In this document: piece by piece, positions 57,207 to 64,000 of the stretch
Layout of the letters: each line of letters starts with the position of its first letter
How positions within the stretch are numbered: position 1 is the stretch's first letter
DNA from: Candidatus Cloacimonadota bacterium
Lineage (GTDB): Bacteria > Cloacimonadota > Cloacimonadia > Cloacimonadales > WRIO01
Length of the DNA stretch: 64,000 bases
Direction of reading: 5' to 3'
Assembly (NCBI GenBank): GCA_029564175.1
Contig: JAKQQL010000440.1
Span: 1 to 64,000, forward strand
Notes under the pieces: model-generated
The model's database searches: none
Seen by the model: only the letters and a program-made list of their open reading frames with translations
Told to the model about the DNA's origin: nothing
Position numbers and translations under genes: made by a program

Positions 57207-57953
57207 TTATGACATTATCAAGCCACCGTCAACCTGAAGGGTTTGACCGGTAATATAAGCCGCTTCATCAGATGCAAGAAATATGCATGCGTTAGCGACA
57301 TCTACAGGTTTACCCATTCTCTGGAGCGGAATGGCTTTTGCATAATTTTCTACTACTTCGGCACTTAGCTGAGCCGTCATTTCTGTTTCGATAAATCCAG
57401 GGGCAATTGCGTTTGCTCGAATATTACGAGTTGCAAACTCTTTTGCTGTGGATTTTGTCAGGGCAATAATCCCACCTTTTGAGGCTGCATAGTTGCTTTG
57501 ACCGATATTACCCATGAGTCCGATTACTGAGGCAATATTGATGATATTACCTGATTTTTGATTTAACATAAATCTGGATACTTTTTGAATACAGTTAAAA
57601 GTCCCTTTGAGATTGACATTAATGACTGCATCCCAATCTGTTTCTTTCATACGCATAATCAATGTATCTTTTGTGATACCTGCATTATTTATCAGCACAT
57701 CAATTCTTTGATATTTAGCGACAATTGCTTTGAATGTTGCTTCTATCTGTGCTGAATCTGTTACATTGATAACAAAACCATCTGCATGATAATTCTGCTC
57801 AGTTAATTTAGTAACAGCTTGATTAACAGCTTCTTCAGAAATGTCAGATATGATGGTAATTGCACCTTCCTGAGCAAATCTTTCTGCGATAGTGAAACCA
57901 ATACCACGAGCTGAACCTGTAACTATGACTACTTTATTTTCAAATCTTCTCAT
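57207..57953 (-). CDS. fabG: 3-oxoacyl-ACP reductase
   Basis: [31 protein letters not shown]; fab context. Confidence 0.96.
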   Translation of the reverse strand: MRRFENKVVIVTGSARGIGFTIAERFAQEGAITIISDISEEAVNQAVTKLTEQNYHADGFVINVTDSAQIEATFKAIVAKYQRIDVLINNAGITKDTLIMRMKETDWDAVINVNLKGTFNCIQKVSRFMLNQKSGNIINIASVIGLMGNIGQSNYAASKGGIIALTKSTAKEFATRNIRANAIAPGFIETEMTAQLSAEVVENYAKAIPLQRMGKPVDVANACIFLASDEAAYITGQTLQVDGGLIMS

Positions 57954-58903
57954 AATGACTCCAACTGATTGATAACATTTTCAATATCAGTGATTTTGTC
58001 GATATTGAACACTTTAGCATTTTCATTGATTTTGGTAATCATACCATTTAGCACTTTCTGTGGACCAAATTCTATGAATAAATTCACATTCTGTTCTTTA
58101 AGATAGTTGATTGTATCAACCCATTGAACTGAATGGGTAACCTGTTCTACCAGATTATTTTTAATCTTGATCGGATTTGTTTCTGGTAAAGCATTGATAT
58201 TCGATACTACAGGAATCTCTGTCTGATTGAATACAACATGATTCATTTCATCTTCTAACCATTGGCTTGCTTTTTCAATCAAAGGTGAATGAAAAGGACC
58301 TCCAACAACTAAAGGCATGACTCGCTTTGCTTTTGCTTCTTTGGCAAGTTCAGTTGCCTTATCAACGCCAGCTTTTGTACCGGAGATTACAGTCTGAATT
58401 GGTGTGTTAAAATTAGCCGCAACAACCAGAGCGGTTTCTGATGCTTTCTCACAAATTTCTTTTACTTTTTCAGGGGATAGTCCTAAAACAGCAGACATTG
58501 CAAAATCCTGACCATCATTTGCTTTAATCATGAATTCGCCACGTTTATGTACCAGATAGAGTGCATCATTGAATGATAGTACGCCATTTGCGACTAATGC
58601 TGAGAATTCTCCAAGAGAATGTCCTGCAACATAATCAGGTTTAATTTCAAGCTTTTTCTGTAATTCAAGCCATGCTACAATGCTGTGAAACAAGATAGCC
58701 GGCTGAGTGAATTTTGTATCTTTTAATTGTTCTTCCGGACCGTTACTCATGATATCTGATAAATCAAAGCCTGATTTATCTTTAAATTGATTTAAGACTA
58801 ACTGATAATCTTCATTATTCTGAAAGAAATCAGTTGCCATTCCGATATATTGAGCCCCTTGTCCAGGAAATACAAAAGCTATTTTATTATTTTTATAAGA
58901 CAT
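57950..58903 (-). CDS. fabD: Malonyl-CoA-ACP transacylase
   Basis: FPGQGAQ, TQPAI, AGHSLGE, GPFHS. Confidence 0.96.
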   Translation of the reverse strand: MSYKNNKIAFVFPGQGAQYIGMATDFFQNNEDYQLVLNQFKDKSGFDLSDIMSNGPEEQLKDTKFTQPAILFHSIVAWLELQKKLEIKPDYVAGHSLGEFSALVANGVLSFNDALYLVHKRGEFMIKANDGQDFAMSAVLGLSPEKVKEICEKASETALVVAANFNTPIQTVISGTKAGVDKATELAKEAKAKRVMPLVVGGPFHSPLIEKASQWLEDEMNHVVFNQTEIPVVSNINALPETNPIKIKNNLVEQVTHSVQWVDTINYLKEQNVNLFIEFGPQKVLNGMITKINENAKVFNIDKITDIENVINQLESL

Positions 58904-58931
58904 TACAACTCCTTTTGTAATAAGGAAATGA

Positions 58932-59927
58932 TTAATAACGGAAGATTAAACTGCCGTATGTTAATCCTGCACCAAATGCTGTGAGCAGGATAATATCTCC
59001 TTTACGGATTTTACCTTCATTAATCGCATCTGTGACTGCAAGAGGAATAGATGATGAGGACGTATTGGCATATTTTTCGATGCTGACAATTACTTTTGAT
59101 TTTGGCGCTTTAAATTTATCTGCAAGCGCATCAATAATTCTGAGGTTTGCCTGATGAGAGACAACCCAGTCAATATCTTTGACATCCATGTTGTTTTTCT
59201 TCATCAGATCAACACTAATATTATACATGGAACGAACTGCGTGCTTAAATATTTTATTGCCTTCCATGTAAACGGTATGTGCATTTTCTTTTAAAGTTGC
59301 TTCAGAAGCAGGATATCTTGAACCGCCTGCTTTTTGAATTAAAAGTTCCCATTCAGATGCATCAGCACTGATTTTTGAATCTATAATTCTGGATAATTCA
59401 TTTTTTTCTGCACGTTTCATGATAGCAGCACCAGCACCATCACCAAACAATACACAAGTCCCTCGGTCATTCCAGTTGATTAACTTTGTGAGTACTTCAA
59501 CTCCTACAACCAGAATCGTGTCATAAATACCGCTTTCTATGTATCTTCTTGCGATATCGGCGGCGTAAATAAATCCTGTACAGCCAGCAGATACATCAAA
59601 AGCCGGAATATCCTTAAGACCGAGTTTTTGTTGTAAAATACATGCTGTTGCAGGGAAAGGGTGATCACCGGAAATAGTGCCCACAATAATCATTTGTATA
59701 TCTTTTAAACGGGTTGTTTTTGAAGAATAAATCGCTTTTTCAGCTGCTTGAAATGCGAGATCAGAAGCGGCTTCGTGAGTCTCACAAAAGTGTCTTTCAA
59801 ACATACCTGTTCGGGTTTTTATCCATTCATCAGAAGTATCAACCAGTCTTTCTAAATCATAATTATTCACTATTTTTGGAGGAACGTAAGATCCGAACGA
59901 ATCAAATTTTGCATTGTATAAAGTCAT
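58932..59927 (-). CDS. fabH: 3-oxoacyl-ACP synthase III
   Basis: DTSDEWI, AGCTGF, LFGDGAGA, HQAN, ANTSS, AFGAGLT. Confidence 0.96.
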   Translation of the reverse strand: MTLYNAKFDSFGSYVPPKIVNNYDLERLVDTSDEWIKTRTGMFERHFCETHEAASDLAFQAAEKAIYSSKTTRLKDIQMIIVGTISGDHPFPATACILQQKLGLKDIPAFDVSAGCTGFIYAADIARRYIESGIYDTILVVGVEVLTKLINWNDRGTCVLFGDGAGAAIMKRAEKNELSRIIDSKISADASEWELLIQKAGGSRYPASEATLKENAHTVYMEGNKIFKHAVRSMYNISVDLMKKNNMDVKDIDWVVSHQANLRIIDALADKFKAPKSKVIVSIEKYANTSSSSIPLAVTDAINEGKIRKGDIILLTAFGAGLTYGSLIFRY

Positions 59928-59930
59928 GAT

Positions 59931-60926
59931 TTACTTCCTTTCAAAATGCTCCTTTACTTGAGCGATAAAGGCTGTTTCTGATATTTTGGAGCCAAATTTT
60001 ATTGCATTTTTTATTGCTGTTGCATTTGAACGGCCATGAGCTACCACCGATATTCCGTTAAGACCTACCAGTAATGCACCACCGTATTCTGAATGATCCA
60101 GCTTTTTTTTCAAATATTTATAAACAGGGAATGAAAGCAGAGCACCAAGCTTAGCAATCCAGTCTTTCTTCATCTGTTCTTTCATGATATCAAATATGGC
60201 AATCGCTGCTCCTTCAACACTTTTTAACATGACATTACCCACAAAACCATCACAAACGACTACATCTGTAACGCCCTTAAGGAGATCTTTCCCTTCTATA
60301 TTGCCATGGAAATTGATCTTGGGATTGTTAAGAAGCAACTGATATGCTGCTTTTGTCAGTTCGTTTCCTTTTTTACTTTCTTCTCCAATATTGAGTAGTG
60401 AAACTTTTGGAGAATCAATTTTGAATAAAAATTTCGCATATAAAGATCCAAGGACTGCAAATTGTTCAAGATACTGAGGCTCACAATCAACATTAGCGCC
60501 CACATCTAAAACGATTTCCTTCCCATGAATTGTTGGGAATGTAAGTGCGATGGCTGGTCGCATTACATTTCTCACGCGACCATAGGTAAAAAGAGAAGCC
60601 GCCATAACCGCACCAGTGTTTCCGGCACTTACAGCGGCATCTGCTATACCTTCATGGTGCAGTTTAATACTGACCACCATGGATGAGTTTGTTTTCATCC
60701 TCGCCGATTGGCTGGGATCGTCTTCCATCGTTATTACATCAGATGCATGTACTATTTCGATTCTTTTTTTGTCGTAAATGAATTTTTCCAGCTCTTGATG
60801 TAATTGCTCTTCTTTTCCAACTAAAAAGATTTTTTCGCATACGTTTTCTTTAATGGCAAGAACTGCACCTTCCACTTCTGGGAATGGCGCAAGATCACTA
60901 CCATATGCATCCAATGCAATCTTCAT
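59931..60926 (-). CDS. plsX: Phosphate acyltransferase PlsX
   Basis: IALDAYGSD, SAGNTGA, DVGANVD, LLNIGEE.KG, CDGFVGN, YGGALLVG, HGRS. Confidence 0.96.
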   Translation of the reverse strand: MKIALDAYGSDLAPFPEVEGAVLAIKENVCEKIFLVGKEEQLHQELEKFIYDKKRIEIVHASDVITMEDDPSQSARMKTNSSMVVSIKLHHEGIADAAVSAGNTGAVMAASLFTYGRVRNVMRPAIALTFPTIHGKEIVLDVGANVDCEPQYLEQFAVLGSLYAKFLFKIDSPKVSLLNIGEESKKGNELTKAAYQLLLNNPKINFHGNIEGKDLLKGVTDVVVCDGFVGNVMLKSVEGAAIAIFDIMKEQMKKDWIAKLGALLSFPVYKYLKKKLDHSEYGGALLVGLNGISVVAHGRSNATAIKNAIKFGSKISETAFIAQVKEHFERK

Positions 60927-61105
60927 TATTGCTTCACTTCTACGATTTGTTTTCCTTTATAGAAACCACACTTAGCACATACATAGTGAGCTCTGGTAGG
61001 TTCGCTACAATTTGGGCAATTGCTCCAGCTTGGGATACTTAAAGAATCATGAGTTCTTCTTTTATCTCTTCTAGCTTTTGATGTTCTTCTTTTTGGAACT
61101 CCCAT
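60926..61105 (-). CDS. rpmF: 50S ribosomal protein L32 (59 aa, absent from the ORF track)
   Basis: Translated by hand: MGVPKRRTSKARRDKRRTHDSLSIPSWSNCPNCSEPTRAHYVCAKCGFYKGKQIVEVKQ; AAGGAG RBS; stop overlaps the plsX ATG. Confidence 0.97.
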   Translation of the reverse strand: MGVPKRRTSKARRDKRRTHDSLSIPSWSNCPNCSEPTRAHYVCAKCGFYKGKQIVEVKQ

Positions 61106-61223
61106 TTTAACTCCTTTCTATTTCAGACAAATTTTTTAAACATAATTTTAATCACGAAAAATTAACTTGAGAAAATTGTCAAGCATTTTGATATGAATCA
61201 CTTCGTTTTTAACAAAAAAGTGT

Positions 61224-62528
61224 CTAAGTGACTTTTAATATCAGCTTTTCTGAATGCAATTCAATTTCTGATATCTGCATAGATTTTAAGATTCTCTCGC
61301 ATACCTGATTGCCTGCTGTTTCATTATTGCATAATACAAAGCCAATCAGCTCACCTTTTTCTATCTTATCACCCTGTTTTTTATAAAATTCACAGCCAGC
61401 TGTATAATCTAAGGCTGAACTAAGCACCATACGACCAGCTGAAATGCCTATCAATGCATATCCTATCTCCTGAGAATCAATGCTTTGGATATAGCCTGAT
61501 TCCTTTGCAATAACCGGTATTTTATACTTACTGGTTCCAAATAGACTGTAATCTTCAGTTACTTTAGGATCTCCTCCCTGGTTTTCAATCATTTTGACCA
61601 GTTTTTCCATTGCTTTTCCGCTGGAAATGACGTTATTAATTTTGTCAATTGCCTGTTCTCTGGATTCTGAAAGACCGGTACAAATAAGCATCTGACTTAA
61701 CAACTCGTTTGTGATTAGTTCTAAATCTGGGATTTTTATCCCTTTTAAATAATCAATACATTCAATAATTTCCAGTGCATTGCCTATCTTATGCCCTATT
61801 GGTGAATTCATAGAAGTAAATACTACTTTGACATTTTGTCCAAAAGCATTGCCTGTGGTAATGAGTCGATGAGCCAGTTTTTCTGCATTTTCCAGTGTTT
61901 TCATAAATGCACCTGAGCCTACTTTTAAATCAATGACCAGGTTTTTTGCCCCTTCAGCAATCTTTTTACTCATGATGCTGGCAGTGATGAGAGCCAAGCT
62001 TTCAACCGTTCCGGTAACATCTCTTAATGCATATATTTTTTTATCAGCTGGAACCAGATTTTCTGATTGAGCAACTATTGCCAAACCATCCTGAATTATC
62101 ATTTTTTTAAATTCTTCTTCAGAAAAATGGGTTTTAAAACCAGGTATGGCTTCCAGTTTATCAAGTGTACCACCGGTATGTCCAAGTCCTCTGCCAGAAA
62201 TCATTGGGACATAAGCGCCACAGGCTGCCATAACAGGTGCGAGAATGATGGAAATTTTATCACCAACTCCACCGGTAGAATGTTTGTCAATTGTATTAAG
62301 TGAATCATCAAAAACGATGCGGGAACCTGAATTGATATAAGAATCAGTCAGATCGATGATTTCATTCATTTCCATACCCTGAAAATAAATGCTCATCAAT
62401 AAAGATGACATCTGATAATCAGGAATATTTCCATTGATATAATTTTGGACAAAAAAATTGATTTCCTCTTTACTCAAACAAGTATTGTTTCTCTTTTTAA
62501 TGATAAGTTCAACCGGATTAAGTTGCAT
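61224..62528 (-). CDS. pdp: Pyrimidine-nucleoside/thymidine phosphorylase
   Basis: DKHSTGGVGDK, SGRGLGHTGGTLDKLE, ASIMSKK, KVGSGAFMK. Confidence 0.95.
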   Translation of the reverse strand: MQLNPVELIIKKRNNTCLSKEEINFFVQNYINGNIPDYQMSSLLMSIYFQGMEMNEIIDLTDSYINSGSRIVFDDSLNTIDKHSTGGVGDKISIILAPVMAACGAYVPMISGRGLGHTGGTLDKLEAIPGFKTHFSEEEFKKMIIQDGLAIVAQSENLVPADKKIYALRDVTGTVESLALITASIMSKKIAEGAKNLVIDLKVGSGAFMKTLENAEKLAHRLITTGNAFGQNVKVVFTSMNSPIGHKIGNALEIIECIDYLKGIKIPDLELITNELLSQMLICTGLSESREQAIDKINNVISSGKAMEKLVKMIENQGGDPKVTEDYSLFGTSKYKIPVIAKESGYIQSIDSQEIGYALIGISAGRMVLSSALDYTAGCEFYKKQGDKIEKGELIGFVLCNNETAGNQVCERILKSMQISEIELHSEKLILKVT

Positions 62529-62582
62529 AAAATCTCCTGTTCTTAATATTTTTCTATCTTAAAGAATTATGAAGAAAGATAA

Positions 62583-62688
62583 GGCAAGCAGGGTTGCTTG
62601 CCCTACATTCAAACTATGAGATGTTGTATCGTAAGCTACCAGCTTGCGTTTTCTATCTTCTTGGCAAGCAGGGTTGCTTGCCCTACAT
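62583..62688. repeat. BIME-like cluster of GTAG-family REP elements
   Basis: Two identical 26-bp copies GGCAAGCAGGGTTGCTTGCCCTACAT (62583, 62663) flank a divergent, oppositely oriented palindrome GTAT-CGTAAGCT-ACC-AGCTTGCG (62626-62648). Confidence 0.8.
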
Positions 62689-62696
62689 CAGCTTTA

Positions 62697-63911
62697 TTAA
62701 ATCATTGATTGTAACAATTCAGCCAAACGTTTTACTCCGGCATCTATTTGTTCAATACTTGGGTACGAGAAGTTAAGACGAAGAGAATTAAATCTTTCAT
62801 GACCACTTGGATAGAATTTACTGCCAGGTATAAATGAAATTTTCATATCTCTGGCTTTGGCAAACAAATCATCAGTATTGATATGCTCAGGGCAGGTCAA
62901 CCAGATAAAGATACCACCTTCAATTTTAGACCATTTGATTGCTTTTGGCATATAGCTTTCAAGTGCTTTCAACATCGCATCCATGTATGGTGCATAAAAA
63001 GCCTGGATCTTGTCTATATGAGGTGTTAATTTGTTGTCTTTCATATATTTTGCAACAGCTCTTTCAGCCACACAGTTTGGACTGACAATCACTTTTTGTA
63101 ACCATGAAATCATCGGTTTAATCATTTCTTCGTCTGCCATGATATAAGCGATTCTAAGCCCTGGTCCAAGAATTTTTGAAAAGGATTTTATAGAAGTGAC
63201 TACTTTTTTGTTCTGATACTCTTCACGGGCAATCTCAAAAAGGCTTTTGAGCATTTCTCCTTTATATCTTAACTGGCTGTAGGGGTCATCTTCAAGTATC
63301 AAAATAGAATGCTGAATGGCTATTTTAATTAAGGCATGACGTCTTTCTAAGCTTTGAGTCACGCCTGTTGGATTCTGAAAATCAGGGATGGTATAGATAA
63401 ACTTAATCGTTTTGTTTTCTTGTTCTAATCGCTTAATCGTTTCTTCTAATTCGCTAATCAATATTCCTTCATCATCCATGGAGATTGGTACGACTTCAGC
63501 CCCTACTGCTTCAAAAGCAACCAGAGTGCCTAAGAAACTGGGTCCTTCACAGAGCACAACATCACCTGGATTAATCAAAGCCTGAGCAAAATAGAAGATA
63601 CCGTTGGTGGAGCCATCGACAATTAATAATTCATCATCTGTCAGATATTCTTTGTTTTCCCATTTTTTTAATTCATGTTTTAAATGAATATCCCCTTCAC
63701 TGGCACCATATTGTAATATGTCAGTGCCATGTTCACTAATGACGTTTTTGAAGATTTCTGCTAATTCTTCAACTGGAAATGTTTGCGGGGATGGAAATCC
63801 GCCTGCAAAGGATATCAAACCCGGAATTCCTTTAGTAGAACTGACCAGTTCACGAATCATGGAAGATTTCATACTGGCGGTTGATTTGGAATACATTGTT
63901 TTCAAATCCAT
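62697..63911 (-). CDS. PLP-dependent aminotransferase class I/II (LysN/Aro8-like)
   Basis: ISFAGGFP, IPDFQNPTG, EDDPY, SFSKILGPGLR, LRLNFS; ATG 63911 behind AGGAG. Confidence 0.9.
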   Translation of the reverse strand: MDLKTMYSKSTASMKSSMIRELVSSTKGIPGLISFAGGFPSPQTFPVEELAEIFKNVISEHGTDILQYGASEGDIHLKHELKKWENKEYLTDDELLIVDGSTNGIFYFAQALINPGDVVLCEGPSFLGTLVAFEAVGAEVVPISMDDEGILISELEETIKRLEQENKTIKFIYTIPDFQNPTGVTQSLERRHALIKIAIQHSILILEDDPYSQLRYKGEMLKSLFEIAREEYQNKKVVTSIKSFSKILGPGLRIAYIMADEEMIKPMISWLQKVIVSPNCVAERAVAKYMKDNKLTPHIDKIQAFYAPYMDAMLKALESYMPKAIKWSKIEGGIFIWLTCPEHINTDDLFAKARDMKISFIPGSKFYPSGHERFNSLRLNFSYPSIEQIDAGVKRLAELLQSMI

Positions 63912-64000
63912 TCTAACTCCTATTGTGTTTTTATTATTTTGAGCAAATAATATTTTTTTTGATAAATCAGTCAATTATTTATTTCTTTTTTTTCTCTGAG

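Noticed and set aside
62583..62688. Mini CRISPR array (two identical palindromic 26-bp repeats)
   Set aside because: Only two repeats, a 54-bp interval that itself contains a related palindrome, a GTAG REP signature, and no cas genes in the window
62594..62776. 60-aa ORF with repeated KQGCLPY-type sequence
   Set aside because: It is a translation of the REP repeats and overlaps the aminotransferase gene on the opposite strand
427..63942. Short ORFs (60-105 aa) in the track that overlap long genes, e.g. 427-645, 5264-5554, 21599-21916, 43876-44190
   Set aside because: Shadow frames of well-supported genes, with no recognisable motifs

Overview
AT-rich bacterial chromosomal segment, densely coding, with no rRNA, tRNA, CRISPR, integrase or transposase recognisable. 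Gene content (FlgD/T9SS-like C-terminal domains, PorV-like barrels, [FeFe]-hydrogenase, butyrate kinase, GGGP/DGGGP synthases) points to an anaerobic diderm of the FCB group, most likely Ca. Cloacimonadota (inference, not tested). In order, the window holds: clpX; a nitroreductase plus an Nqr/Rnf-like membrane complex (NqrB/C/D/E/F-like, no NqrA, RnfB or RnfC); aroB and a secreted protein; a SWIM-SNF2 helicase; a yggT-divIVA-PNP-dksA-lspA operon ending in a CTD-bearing secreted protein and a PorV-like barrel; an M28 peptidase; buk; an EamA transporter; an anti-sigma/STAS/hybrid CheA unit with no chemoreceptor; purA; an 8-gene operon headed by archaeal-type ether-lipid genes (polyprenyl synthase, DGGGP synthase, GGGP synthase) followed by a PHP phosphatase, SDR, methyltransferase-like protein, lipid flippase-like protein and MoxR; a C-type lectin; lepA; adjacent [FeFe]-hydrogenase and formate dehydrogenase catalytic subunits; an RNA methyltransferase; a TPR protein; a long rpmF-plsX-fab-rnc run with appended envelope genes; pyrimidine nucleoside phosphorylase; GTAG-type REP elements; and a PLP aminotransferase. 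The strongest lead is the extended ether-lipid operon lying about 17 kb from a bacterial fatty-acid/PlsX cluster. All product calls come from reading motifs by eye; no searches were run.
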